Shown here: in pieces, positions 9,711 to 20,082 of the stretch
Layout of the letters: each line of letters opens with the position of its first letter
How positions within the stretch are numbered: the first letter of the stretch is position 1
NCBI GenBank assembly: GCA_965277805.1
Contig: OZ255842.1
Coordinates: 3,488,001-3,552,000, forward strand
Direction: 5' to 3'
Source of the DNA: Candidatus Lustribacter sp.
Lineage (GTDB): Bacteria > Vulcanimicrobiota > Vulcanimicrobiia > Vulcanimicrobiales > Vulcanimicrobiaceae
Length of the DNA: 64,000 nucleotides
Notes under the pieces: model-generated
Told to the model about the DNA's origin: nothing
Databases searched by the model: none
What the model saw: the letters and a program-made list of their open reading frames with translations, nothing else
Program-made: the position numbers and the translations under genes

Positions 9711-10550
9711 CTAGACCGCCAACCTCTCGAGCCCCGGCTGAGGATCCCGCACGCCAACCGCATCTACCAACTGGAACTCCAATAGCTCGAGCTGTGCGCC
9801 AAAGTATGCCTTCCGGAAAGCGTCTTGCGACTCGAATGTTGATTGCGCCAAACGACGCACCGGCACCGCAATGCGCAAAGCCGGAACGTCGAAAGGATAC
9901 GGATCGAGGGATACCGTCTTAGCGTCGAGCGGCGTCATGCTGAGCCTCACCCCGTCCTTTTCGCCGTCGTTGTAGCTGACGGGAACGGGTTCGAATGCAT
10001 CCGCCTCAGGAGCGTGCAGCGAAAAAGCGAGGCTCAAGAGATCCCAGACTTGCAGCAAGCGGTAATTGATCCAAAGCTGCTGCGGGTCGAAATTGTGCTG
10101 CGCGATGAGCTGCGGACGTAGCGCCTCTTGCCGGTCGATGAACGCTTCGACTTCAGGCTTTTGCTTTCGTACGTCTTGGATGGCTGACGAGATCGTTTTA
10201 TAGCGCTGTCGCCATAATCCGGTACGATGCATGCTCACAAGCAAGCCGGCATATGGGTCGAGCGCCAATAGCCAATCGAAACACCATCGATATTCTTCTA
10301 AGCGACGCTCATCGGTGAGCACATTCCGGAACATCGGCGTACCGCCCGTCGCTTCGTCGTATGCCGGCGCCGTCTCGTAGCGCAGATAACCGAAATCGTG
10401 AAACGCGGCCGCGCGTGCGACGGACTCGTACGGGGTTAGTGAGGCGAACTCCGCGTTACCCCAATGCGCTGCGAACTGGCCCGCCAACCGCGAATGATCG
10501 GTTTGAGCGAGCAAGAGCATTTCGCCGTTGGCTTCTTTGCGGACAATCAT
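9711..10550 (-). CDS. DUF3891 family protein
   Basis: MIVR...QTDHSRLAGQFAAHWGN...HDFG...LLVSMH motifs. Confidence 0.8.
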   Translation of the reverse strand: MIVRKEANGEMLLLAQTDHSRLAGQFAAHWGNAEFASLTPYESVARAAAFHDFGYLRYETAPAYDEATGGTPMFRNVLTDERRLEEYRWCFDWLLALDPYAGLLVSMHRTGLWRQRYKTISSAIQDVRKQKPEVEAFIDRQEALRPQLIAQHNFDPQQLWINYRLLQVWDLLSLAFSLHAPEADAFEPVPVSYNDGEKDGVRLSMTPLDAKTVSLDPYPFDVPALRIAVPVRRLAQSTFESQDAFRKAYFGAQLELLEFQLVDAVGVRDPQPGLERLAV

Positions 10551-10734
10551 GTCATGATCTCACTAACCTGACGAGAGTAGCCTCAGCTCGGCGCAACCTT
10601 TTCTGAAACCCTGCAAGGAAACCTGGCCGCTAAAAGGTCGTCAGCCTACCCTCACTGTAGAGCAACCGGCGGTCAGCGATACATTCGGCGCCGAATGGGC
10701 AGATACGTCCTCATGAACGGACCACGTTGATTTC

Positions 10735-11055
10735 ATGCCGAAATTTCTTACGATCGGGTACGGCGACGAAGCCGGCTACAATCGCACACCAGCCCCCATT
10801 CGTGACGCCGCACACCGCCATGACGCACTGTTGCGAGAAGCGGGTGCAATCGTCGGGATCGCGAGAACTCCGGTGCAAGTCCGCAATCCTGAGGGGCACG
10901 GCGTCCAGACGACCGCGGGCGCTTTTATGCGCTCAGACTTGCCGCTCGCGGGCTTCGCTTTGATCGATGCCGAGAACATCGAGGACGCGATCAACCAGGT
11001 CGCCCAGACGCCCTGCGCTGTGGCATACGGCGTTGTGGAGATTTGGCCACTTTGA
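10735..11055 (+). CDS. YciI-like protein
   Basis: GAFMRSDLPLAGFALIDAENIEDAI...PCAVAYGVVEIWPL. Confidence 0.75.
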   Translation: MPKFLTIGYGDEAGYNRTPAPIRDAAHRHDALLREAGAIVGIARTPVQVRNPEGHGVQTTAGAFMRSDLPLAGFALIDAENIEDAINQVAQTPCAVAYGVVEIWPL

Positions 11056-11085
11056 GCGACCTGATGTTGACGCCCGTAGCGCAAA

Positions 11086-12018
11086 TTATGCCTTGAACAC
11101 GATCTCGTCGATTGGAAAGCGCGGCAGGTTTCCGTACTTTGCGCTCATGTCAATGACCGCTTGGGCTTCGGCCGGAACCCACTTCTCGGCGAACGCAGAT
11201 CGGATCATCGTGCGTGCGGCAGACTCCGGAAGCTTTGTATACTTTATGAGGATCTCGGCGGTCTTGTCGGTATTGTGATTCGCCCACACCGCTGCTTCGG
11301 CATTGGCGCGTTGAAATCGCCGAACGGTATCGCGATTGGCCTGAGCCCAGTCACGCGTGGCAATGAAGACGTCGACCAGGAAGCGCGGCGCACAAGCATC
11401 GAGCGGAGCGCCGATGGAGCGCGCGATCGCCATCGCCGGTACGAGGAACGGTTCCGAAACCATGGCCGCATCGACGCGGCCGGCCGCGAGCGCGTCCTGC
11501 ATCTGCGCGAAACCTAACTCGACGATCTTCACGCTCGACGAATCGACGCCGTTCTTGTCGAGCCATGCGCGGATGCAAAAGTCTTGAATGCCGCCGACGC
11601 CGTTGCAGCCGATCGTCTTGCCGGCGAGGTCCCGCGGCCCGTTGAGCGCTGACGCCTTGGCGACAGCCATCACCGTGGTGGGAGCGGAGGCCAGATAGAG
11701 CCCGCCCGGCGCGAGGATCACAAACGGCAGCCCCTTGGGATGCGCTTGCGCGATCGAGACAAGACTCGTGGCCCCAATGTCGAGCGACCCGCCGGCGATT
11801 CCGGCCGCGATGGCGGCACCGGTATTAAATGCCTGAATTTCGACCCGCAGCCCGGCTTTTTTGAAGAATCCGCCGTCCTGGGCGTAATACGGCTGGGCCG
11901 TGGCGTCAATGTTGATCGTACCCATCCGCAGCGGGAGGTCGTCTGCGAGGGCAATCCCGGGTATCGTCGTCGCCGCGGCGACGCCGCACAAAGAACGGAG
12001 GGCGCTCGATCGTTTCAC
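11086..12018 (-). CDS. ABC substrate-binding protein (NMT1/SsuA type)
   Basis: GTG start VKRSSAL; YAQDGGFFKKAGL, GAAIAAGIAGGSLDIG. Confidence 0.85.
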   Translation of the reverse strand: MKRSSALRSLCGVAAATTIPGIALADDLPLRMGTINIDATAQPYYAQDGGFFKKAGLRVEIQAFNTGAAIAAGIAGGSLDIGATSLVSIAQAHPKGLPFVILAPGGLYLASAPTTVMAVAKASALNGPRDLAGKTIGCNGVGGIQDFCIRAWLDKNGVDSSSVKIVELGFAQMQDALAAGRVDAAMVSEPFLVPAMAIARSIGAPLDACAPRFLVDVFIATRDWAQANRDTVRRFQRANAEAAVWANHNTDKTAEILIKYTKLPESAARTMIRSAFAEKWVPAEAQAVIDMSAKYGNLPRFPIDEIVFKA

Positions 12019-12953
12019 TGGCTCGCTCCTACGTACAGATCGCCGGCTGGGAACGTCGGGAAGTTGCTGTATTTCGCGGTGAGGTCGATCAGCGGCTGCG
12101 CGTCGGCGGCGTTCCACGCCTCTGCAAACGGTGCCCGGCGCATCGTATGAACCGTCGCCTCCGGCAGCTTCGTATACTCCGTGAGCATGGCTGCGGTTTT
12201 GTCATGATTCCTGTTGGCCCAAGCAGCCGTCTTGTACATCGCGCCTTGAAAACGTTTTACCGTGTCGCGATTCGCCGCGGCCCACTGCGGCGTGGAAATA
12301 TAGACGGACAACAAGAAGCGCGATCCGCACGCGTCAAAAGGAAGCCCGATCGCGCGTCCGGTTGTCTTCGCTTCGGTGATGAAGGGCTCGGTTACACACG
12401 CCGCATCGAGGCGCGAAGCGCCGAGCGCGTCCATCATCTGCGCGAAGTTCATCTCGACGACCTTGACCGTCGATGAGTTGCCGCCGTTTTTATCCACCCA
12501 CGCACGAACGCAATATTCCGGAATTCCGTTGATGCCGTTCATGCCGATCGTCTTGCCTTCCAGATCCTTCGGCCCATTGATGGGCGAATTCTTCGGGACC
12601 ATCATCGACGTCGTCGGAGCGGACGAAAGATACAGTGCCGCCGGCGCGATGATCGAAAACTGCACGTTGCGGTTGCGCGCCTGCGCGAGCGCGACCGGAT
12701 TGGAGACCGCAATGTCGAGCGCCCCACCGAGGACGGCCGCTGCAATCGCTTGACCGTTGTTGAACTGCTGGAATTCGGCCCGCAGTCCGGCACCTTTGAA
12801 GAAACCCGCCTCCTGCGCATAAAACGGCTCGAGCCCGCTGTCGATGTTGATCATCGCCATCCGGACCAGCGAATCTTCCGCACGTACCATGCGCGGAGCC
12901 AGCGGAGCGATGGCGGCCGCCGAGAGTAGACCAAGAGCAGACGAACGCTTCAC
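12015..12953 (-). CDS. ABC substrate-binding protein (NMT1/SsuA type)
   Basis: YAQEAGFFKGAGL, GQAIAAAVLGGALDIA; paralog of the downstream gene. Confidence 0.85.
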   Translation of the reverse strand: MKRSSALGLLSAAAIAPLAPRMVRAEDSLVRMAMINIDSGLEPFYAQEAGFFKGAGLRAEFQQFNNGQAIAAAVLGGALDIAVSNPVALAQARNRNVQFSIIAPAALYLSSAPTTSMMVPKNSPINGPKDLEGKTIGMNGINGIPEYCVRAWVDKNGGNSSTVKVVEMNFAQMMDALGASRLDAACVTEPFITEAKTTGRAIGLPFDACGSRFLLSVYISTPQWAAANRDTVKRFQGAMYKTAAWANRNHDKTAAMLTEYTKLPEATVHTMRRAPFAEAWNAADAQPLIDLTAKYSNFPTFPAGDLYVGASQ

Positions 12954-12977
12954 GCGGGTTTCCCTCCGTTGTCGTGA

Positions 12978-14123
12978 CTAAAGGTGCTTAATCAGCAAGC
13001 TTTCGATCTCGGCTGCGGCGTTCTTTGCACCGTCCACGCTCCCCAATTGAACGGAAATCGCCCGAGCTTTCTCGCGATACGTTGCGTTGGAGAGAACCTC
13101 TTGCACGGCCTTACGCATCGTTTCGGCGCTCGCGTCCGCGGGCAGCGAGCGCCCGACGCCCCACTGCTGTGCGGCCGCGGCGTTCGGCGCCTGATCGTGC
13201 GCCATGCCCGGGATGAGGACCATCGGCAAGCCATGCGTGAGCGCGCGCATGAACGTCCCATGACCGCCATGCGTCACGACGAGCGCTGCCCGGTGCATGA
13301 GGGCGTCATGATCGGCCGTCGCGAAAACCACGACATTTGGGGCACTCTTGAGCGTCGCAGGATCGACACTATCGCCGACGGTCACCACACCGTGGACCGG
13401 AAGTGCGGCGAGCGCATCGATCGCGTTTTGAAATTTGGCCGGCGAGCCTTGTTCCGGCATCGTACTGAAGCTGACGAGAACGAGCGGCACGGGATCGTCG
13501 TCGCGCCAGGGGAGTTCGACGCGCGCACCGTGCCGTTCGCGTTCCAAAATCGGTCCCACGTGACGGACTTTGTCGGCATGGGCGAGGCTGTTCGGCGCGT
13601 CGTCAAGGGCTTTGAGCGTCGAGACCAGCAGCAGGTCCCGCGACATCCACAGCGTGTCCAGGTCGGCGGATAGCGGTGGGAAACCGGCTTCCGTGCGCAG
13701 CCCGACGATGGATTCCAATTGCTTTCGCCAGAATTCGATGATGCGGAGGACAGCAGTGTGACACATGGCCACAGTCGGACAATCGAAATGCGCCGCCTCC
13801 GTCAGGGCCGCCGGGAACATCGCATCGATGATCACGAGATCCGGCTCTTCCAATGCCATCACAGTGCGAATTTCTTCGGACGTCGCCGGCGAAGTGAGAA
13901 AACTCGCGGCCTTTGGAAGCCACTTCTGCGGATATCGTTCGGCTTGCTCGTAGGCGCGCGTCAGCTCGATCGCGCGAAAGCCCGCCCGCTGCACCCGCGG
14001 AACCATCTCTGGCCGCCCGGCGAAAGAGACCTCGTGACGCCGCTCCGTCAACTCGCGCGCGATGCCGAGACTCGGAGGCAGATTTCCGCCGCCGGACCAA
14101 TTCAGCCACAACACCTTCGACAT
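12978..14123 (-). CDS. UDP-glycosyltransferase (GT1, MGT-like)
   Basis: GGGNLPP N-terminus, VTHGGHGT...DQ..NA signature. Confidence 0.85.
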   Translation of the reverse strand: MSKVLWLNWSGGGNLPPSLGIARELTERRHEVSFAGRPEMVPRVQRAGFRAIELTRAYEQAERYPQKWLPKAASFLTSPATSEEIRTVMALEEPDLVIIDAMFPAALTEAAHFDCPTVAMCHTAVLRIIEFWRKQLESIVGLRTEAGFPPLSADLDTLWMSRDLLLVSTLKALDDAPNSLAHADKVRHVGPILERERHGARVELPWRDDDPVPLVLVSFSTMPEQGSPAKFQNAIDALAALPVHGVVTVGDSVDPATLKSAPNVVVFATADHDALMHRAALVVTHGGHGTFMRALTHGLPMVLIPGMAHDQAPNAAAAQQWGVGRSLPADASAETMRKAVQEVLSNATYREKARAISVQLGSVDGAKNAAAEIESLLIKHL

Positions 14124-14258
14124 GCGTTCTCATTTCGGCCGAACGGCATTAACCCCTGATGCCCATCCTAGGAACGGGAAACCCAGGTCACCGACGGGTC
14201 GCCGTCGTCGACCCGGGTAAGGCGAACGCCTGCAGCAACACGGGCGAGGAGCACAGCG

Positions 14259-14385
14259 ATGCCACTGATCGCGGTCTCGAAATACGAGCGATTCTTTAGA
14301 GAAGCATCGACAAGGACGTCGCGTTGGGGCCGATCCTCGATCAGGAGGTCGCCCGGCCGCCACTCGATTTCCGCTATAGCGAAAC
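14259..14385 (+). pseudogene. DUF1931-like gene remnant with an internal deletion
   Basis: GAGGAG RBS, MPLIAVSKYERFFREA, then in another frame IDKDVALGPILDQEVARPPLDFRYSE; both resemble distant parts of DUF1931 proteins. Confidence 0.55.
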
Positions 14386-14467
14386 TGGAAAGGCGCAATG
14401 CAAATCTTCAACCTGCTGCTCTAACGATCTGCCGTGCGAAGCAACGCATAGATCGGAGAACGAGTTC

Positions 14468-14851
14468 ATGGTCATCGATCCACTAACGGTAATTGCGCGA
14501 TGGCAAGCAGCCGTGTCTGCTTCAGACTTCAAAGGCCTCCGCGCCCTGTCGACTGACGACATTGAGATTGTGGGCTCACGGGGTCCCGGTCGCGGCATCG
14601 CCTTCGCCGAGGAGTGGGTGCGCAAGACGGGTATCGGCCTGCAGACGATGCGCGCCTTCGCGCGCGGCGATGTGGTTGTTGTTGAGCAAACGGCACGCTG
14701 GGCGGCCGGCGCAGACAGCACCGAAGCTCCGGAGCGCATTATCGCAACGGTGTTTACTGTTCGCGACGAACGGATCGCGCGCGCGGTGCGCTACGAGGAT
14801 CTCGCGAGCGCGCTGGCGGCTGCCGGCATGCCCGCTAACATCGGAAGCTAG
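14468..14851 (+). CDS. NTF2/SnoaL-like protein
   Basis: VIARWQAAVSASD...DDIEIVG...ATVFTVRDERIARAVRY. Confidence 0.75.
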   Translation: MVIDPLTVIARWQAAVSASDFKGLRALSTDDIEIVGSRGPGRGIAFAEEWVRKTGIGLQTMRAFARGDVVVVEQTARWAAGADSTEAPERIIATVFTVRDERIARAVRYEDLASALAAAGMPANIGS

Positions 14852-15956
14852 CCGACGCCCGCTGTTTCGAGCGTCCGGTAGTCCGTGTAGCCGCGTTCGT
14901 CCCCGCCGAAGCAGTGGTCCCAATCGACATCGTTGAGCGGGCCCCAACGCGTAGCCGCTCGACGAGATCAGGGTTCGCCACGAACGCCCGCCCGAAGGCG
15001 ACCAGATCCGCGTGGCCGGATGCGAGGGTTTCGGTCGCGAGCTCGCGCGTATAGCCGTTGTTTACCATCCACGGACCGTCGAAGCTCTCGCGGAGCTTCA
15101 CGAAATCGAATCCGTGGAAATCACGCGGGCCCTGCGTGTGCCCTTCGATCACGTGGCAGTAGGCGAGACGGAAGCCGTTGAGCTCGCTCACCAGGGGAAA
15201 AAAGACGGCCTGCGGATCACTGTCGAACACGCCCCCAGCGGGCGAGACCGGCGAGATACGGATCCCGGTGCGATCGGCGCCGACCGCAGCGACCACGGCC
15301 GCGGTCACCTCGAGCGTCAGGCGGATGCGGTTCGCGACGGAGCCGCCGTATCGGTCCGACCGACGGTTGCTGCCGTCACGCATGAACTGGTCGAGCAGAT
15401 ATCCGTTGGCAGCATGAATTTCAACGCCGTCGAATCCCGCGGCGATTGACTTCGTCGCCGCGTCGGCGTAGTCGTCGATGAGGCCAGGCAACTCGACGAG
15501 CTCAAGCGCACGCGGCGTCTCGACGTCGGCGAAATCCCCGCTCTCTAGAAACGTGCGCGCGCCTTGCGGAGCGATCGCCGACGGAGCGACGGGCAGGAGG
15601 CCGCCGGGCTGCAGCGAGGTGTGCGAGAAGCGGCCGACATGCCAAAGCTGTAGGTAGATGGTTCCGCCTTCAGCGTGAACCGCGTCGGTCACGCTTTTCC
15701 AGCCGGCAACCTGTTCGGGTGAATAGATCCCCGGTGTGAAGGCGTAGCCTTTGCCATACGGAGAGATCTGCGTCGCTTCGGCGATGATCAAGCCGGCACT
15801 CGCACGCTGTCGATAGTACTCGACGTTGAGCGCGTTCGGCGCGTCGGTTCCGGGCGTCGCGCGATTGCGCGTCAGCGGTGCCATGACGACGCGATTGCGG
15901 AGCCGCGAGCGACCCAGCTCGAACGGCGTAAACAGTACGGCCGACGGATTCTCCAT
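14848..15956 (-). CDS. Old Yellow Enzyme alkene reductase (NemA-like), single-base frameshift near the 3' end
   Basis: MAPLTRNRA, HAANGYLLDQF, FGRAFVANPDL; conserved tail PLN...FGGDERGYTDY lies in another frame past 14940. Confidence 0.85.
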
Positions 15957-16097
15957 GATGCGCGTTGACACGTCTGCCCGCCAAATGTTTGCAGCGCGCA
16001 TCGCTGGCGTGAAGCACGCGATAACGCATAATACGACACATACGATAATGCGTTAACATTCCGCGTAAACGCAGTAGCCCGCGGGTAGACGAACTCC

Positions 16098-16658
16098 ATG
16101 AGCAATGAACTGTCCGGAAAAAAAGTCGCCATCCTCGCAACCGAAGGTTTCGAATACGTCGAACTGACGGAACCACGGAAGGCCCTCGACCAAGCCGGCG
16201 CAAGCACGTACGTTGTTTCGCCGGAAAGCGGGCAAATTCGGGGTTTCAATCATCACGATCCAGGCGATTCCGTTCCAGTGGATCGCACGCTAGATCAAAC
16301 CAGTCCCAACGATTACGACGCACTGCTCCTGCCGGGCGGCGTGATGAATCCCGACGCGTTACGGATGGACCCCCACGCTGTCGCGTTCGTCAAAGCATTC
16401 GCCGACGCGAACAAACCAATCGCGGTCATTTGTCACGGACCGTGGACACTGGTGGAAGCCGACGTCGTGCGCGGGCGGCGAATTGCGTCATGGCCTTCCC
16501 TAAAGACCGATTTGAAGAACGCCGGCGCGACTTGGGTCGACCAGCCGAGCGTCACCGACGGCAACATCACCTCAAGCCGCAAGCCTGACGACATCCCGCA
16601 GTTCAACCGGGCGATGATCGAGTTATTCGCGCAGCAGAAAGCGGCCGCGAAGACTTAG
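16098..16658 (+). CDS. PfpI/DJ-1 family intracellular protease/deglycase
   Basis: GFEYVELTEP, LLPGG..NPD.LR, ICHGPW, SRKPDDIP. Confidence 0.92.
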   Translation: MSNELSGKKVAILATEGFEYVELTEPRKALDQAGASTYVVSPESGQIRGFNHHDPGDSVPVDRTLDQTSPNDYDALLLPGGVMNPDALRMDPHAVAFVKAFADANKPIAVICHGPWTLVEADVVRGRRIASWPSLKTDLKNAGATWVDQPSVTDGNITSSRKPDDIPQFNRAMIELFAQQKAAAKT

Positions 16659-17287
16659 ATACGCCGCCGCGAGCGCAACACCGCGTCGTGCACGATTACG
16701 GCGGCGCCGCTTGCGTCGGTGACGTCGCGGGGACGCGCCGCTTGGACGAGCGTCTCCCATGCCTGCGGATGGAGTAGCCCCGCGATTTCCTCTGCCGTGT
16801 ACAGCACGCCCGGCATGCGCGGCCGGCGCACCGTCGTTTCGAGATCGCTGGGATGATGCCCGACGATCAGCAGCGTGCCGCCAATAGCCACCGCCGCAGC
16901 GAGACGCCGAAATACGGCGTCGCGCAGCGGCGGGGCAAGCTGCATGAACTGCGCCGACACGAGATCGTATGACCGTTCGGGCGTCCACGTCGCTATGTCG
17001 CCTTGCCGCCAGTCGATCCGCTCCGAGACGGGGGCATTCGTAGCGGCTTTGCGCGCGCGCTCCAACGCCACGCCGGAAATATCGATCGCCGTGACGTGCC
17101 AGCCGCGCTCGGCGAGCCACACTGCGTCGGCACCCTCGCCGCAGCCGACGTCGAGCGCGGTTCCGGGCATGAGCCCGGAAACCTCGGCAACCAGCTGCGG
17201 GTTCGGATCGCCGGACCAGATCTCGTCGGCTGAACGATAGCGTTTGTCCCAAAAGCTCGCGTCGGACACAGCGTCAGATTGCGTCAT
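16655..17287 (-). CDS. class I SAM-dependent methyltransferase
   Basis: FWDKRY...ALDVGCGEGADA motif I. Confidence 0.9.
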   Translation of the reverse strand: MTQSDAVSDASFWDKRYRSADEIWSGDPNPQLVAEVSGLMPGTALDVGCGEGADAVWLAERGWHVTAIDISGVALERARKAATNAPVSERIDWRQGDIATWTPERSYDLVSAQFMQLAPPLRDAVFRRLAAAVAIGGTLLIVGHHPSDLETTVRRPRMPGVLYTAEEIAGLLHPQAWETLVQAARPRDVTDASGAAVIVHDAVLRSRRRI

Positions 17288-17383
17288 CGTCGCACGACAG
17301 TCCGCTCACGGAGCGTCTCATCGCGACAAGATCCAGGTTCGGCTCCGCCGCACGCATAACGATTGCTGCCGGAGGGATGTCGC

Positions 17384-18319
17384 ATGAAGAGACCCGCATT
17401 CCTTGCCGGCACTTTGGCAGCGTGCACTGCGTCGGCGCTCGCCACCGACCTGACGACCGTGCGCGTCGCCGGGACTCCCGATACGGACATCACCGGCACC
17501 CTGTGGGGCGTGCGCTCCGGAATCTTCGAGCGCGCCGGGCTGAACGTGCAAGTACAGCGGTTGAACAGCGGCTCCGCAACCGTCTCGGGGGTCATCGGCG
17601 AGTCGATCGACATCGGTAAGTCGAGCGTCTTCGGCCTGATCGCGGCGTACAACAAAGGCGTGCCGCTGGTCCTCGAAGCCGTGGCCGACATCTACGACGC
17701 GAACGCACCCAATACAGCGTTCGTCGTAGGGAAAAATAGCCCGATCGGCGGGCCGCGTGATTTAGCCGGAAAGACGATCGCTAGCCCGTCCCTCGGCGAT
17801 CTGTTCTCGACGGTCAGCGCCGCCTGGATCGACGCGAACGGCGGCAATTCGAAGGCCAGCAACTTCATCGAACTTCCGATCCCCCTGATCGCAAACGCGA
17901 TTTCGGCCGGACGCGTCGACGGCGCGATGCTCGTCGATCCGTACTATCATGAGGCGACCGATGCCGGTTGCCGCACCCTCGGCTACGCGTTCAACGTCAT
18001 TGCGAAGCGCTTCGGGGTGACGTATTATTTTTGCGCCAAATCGTACGCCCAAGCGAATGCCGACATCCTCGCGCGCTTCCGCCGCGGCCTCGCCGAGGCG
18101 ACGACTTATGCGCTCGCGCACCCGAGCGAGGTGGTCCCGGTGATCGCCGACTACACCAAGTTGGACCGGGCGCTGATCGAGAAGATGCCGCTCGACATCG
18201 GCGTCGGGATCGACCGAGCCCCCTTGCAGGCTGTGATCGACTTCGCCGCGCGCATCAAATCGATTCCGGCGCCCTTCCCGGCCGCGCAAATCATCGACCC
18301 GGCCGCGCTCCGCGCCTAG
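17384..18319 (+). CDS. ABC substrate-binding protein (NMT1/SsuA type)
   Basis: MKRPAFLAG after GGAGG; GIFERAGL, DLAGKTIA, AGRVDGA. Confidence 0.85.
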   Translation: MKRPAFLAGTLAACTASALATDLTTVRVAGTPDTDITGTLWGVRSGIFERAGLNVQVQRLNSGSATVSGVIGESIDIGKSSVFGLIAAYNKGVPLVLEAVADIYDANAPNTAFVVGKNSPIGGPRDLAGKTIASPSLGDLFSTVSAAWIDANGGNSKASNFIELPIPLIANAISAGRVDGAMLVDPYYHEATDAGCRTLGYAFNVIAKRFGVTYYFCAKSYAQANADILARFRRGLAEATTYALAHPSEVVPVIADYTKLDRALIEKMPLDIGVGIDRAPLQAVIDFAARIKSIPAPFPAAQIIDPAALRA

Positions 18320-18333
18320 GTCTATTGATAGGG

Positions 18334-20082
18334 TTACTTGACGTACGTCATCGCGACGGCACCGCCGGCCGGCGTGAGCGTTTGTGTCAAGGTGCCGGTT
18401 GGACCGTAGATCTTGACGCTCGTTCCGTTGAGTGCGAAAACGTCGCCGCTAGAATCCGCGCCGATCATATTGGCTGTAAAGCCCACCGTCACCTGAACGC
18501 TCGCGCTCTCGTTCGTGGTGAATGGTGCTGAATATTTGCGCAGGCTCACGTCGTTGAGTTGCGCCCAGAGGTTTCCGTTGGAATCGAATGTGACACCGCC
18601 GTCCGGTTGAGAGCCGCCGAGCGAAATCAGAGTTGGAGCTCCGTACGGAACGGAGAAAACCGCCAATTCGTATGGCGTCGGAAGCGTGCCGACCGCGACC
18701 GTGCCCCCTGGTGAAACGGCGATCCAACCGCCGATTCCCGTCGCAAGCATTGTCGGCGCCGAGAATGCCGGCTGCCCGAATGAGAGGGTCGTCGCGCTAG
18801 GATATGTCTCAGTCGTCACCGCGTTGCCGAACGAATCAATGACGATCCCGAACGCGTTCACTCCGCTTGCAACCGTCATTGGCGAAGCCGTATACGGTGC
18901 CGCGAGTTCCTTGAGATTTCCGGAATCCTGGAAGAGCAGATTACCCGAAGCCGTCATCGCGGGAGCGGTCGGCAGACCGACGTTCGTATTTCTCACCGGT
19001 GCACCGGAATAGGGCGGCACGAAGATCGAGATGCTTGCCGGCGAGCCGGGCGGGGGAAACGGCGGCGAGCCCGCGTCGAGCACGATTGCGTCACCGTTCG
19101 GTGCGTACGTCACCCCTTCCGGATCCGAGACGGTGCCGGTGCTTGACGCCGCGAGCGTCCACGTCACATCGTCCGGCGACGTGTACGCTGCAAAGCCGTG
19201 GAAGCCGGCCACGAATAACTTATGCGGCGGAGTCGAGATGGCGACACTCGCACTGCAAACGACGCCGCTACTCGTACACGAGAATCCACCGGTGGATGGT
19301 GCGGCTGTGACCGTGAGGGTGCTGCTGCCCGCGGCGGATGCTGCGAGCAGAACCTGGTTCGGCGTGCCGGCCTGCGGTTGCGTGACGCTAAAATTGTTGC
19401 CCGTCGTGCCGGCGATGAATGTGGGTGCGCCCGCACCCATGATAATGTTCGAAGCGGCGTCGAGCGCTTCGACGGTGAGCGCTTGCGCTGTATACCCCAC
19501 GACAAATCCAGCACCCGTCTGTGTACCGGTGATGGTCGATCCGGATGCCGGTGCGATGACGATCGACGCGGGCACGCCGTCGAGTGTGATCGCGACGAGG
19601 TTCGTTTGGCCGGCGACGGCGACCATCGGGATACTCTGTCCACTCGATAGCACCGCGCCCGTCGCGGCTCCGCTCACAACAGGCCCCGCGTAGGTGACAA
19701 ATGTCCCCGTGTACGAGCCGGCCGCGAGTCCGAGCAGCACGGTGCACGTCGTGGCTCCGGCGGAAACCGAGCAGTTCGCCGGATTGCTAGCAACGGTCAA
19801 CCCAACGGCTTGCTGCAGCACCGTGGCCGCGCCCGCTTGCACGACGACCGACAACGATTGTGTCGATGGCGAGACGTAGGTCGGGCGAAGCCGTCCAGCC
19901 GCCATCCGCGGTGCAGGCACAATGACCGTCAATTCAAGGCTCGTCTTCGCGAGCGTCGTGGAAACAGGCGGAGCAACGTTGCCGCTGCTGCTGGCCCCGC
20001 CGCTGCATGCAGCCAATGCTAAGACGTTGACGATCAGCGCGAGCCGCAGACGTTGCGTTTGCATTATGCGCACCTCTCTCAT
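18334..20082 (-). CDS. secreted Ser/Thr/Gly-rich lipoprotein, beta-rich with a repeat-like C-terminus
   Basis: LALAACSGG lipobox, YVSPSTQS motif, repeated 'D..GN' units at the C-terminus. Confidence 0.7.
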   Translation of the reverse strand: MREVRIMQTQRLRLALIVNVLALAACSGGASSSGNVAPPVSTTLAKTSLELTVIVPAPRMAAGRLRPTYVSPSTQSLSVVVQAGAATVLQQAVGLTVASNPANCSVSAGATTCTVLLGLAAGSYTGTFVTYAGPVVSGAATGAVLSSGQSIPMVAVAGQTNLVAITLDGVPASIVIAPASGSTITGTQTGAGFVVGYTAQALTVEALDAASNIIMGAGAPTFIAGTTGNNFSVTQPQAGTPNQVLLAASAAGSSTLTVTAAPSTGGFSCTSSGVVCSASVAISTPPHKLFVAGFHGFAAYTSPDDVTWTLAASSTGTVSDPEGVTYAPNGDAIVLDAGSPPFPPPGSPASISIFVPPYSGAPVRNTNVGLPTAPAMTASGNLLFQDSGNLKELAAPYTASPMTVASGVNAFGIVIDSFGNAVTTETYPSATTLSFGQPAFSAPTMLATGIGGWIAVSPGGTVAVGTLPTPYELAVFSVPYGAPTLISLGGSQPDGGVTFDSNGNLWAQLNDVSLRKYSAPFTTNESASVQVTVGFTANMIGADSSGDVFALNGTSVKIYGPTGTLTQTLTPAGGAVAMTYVK

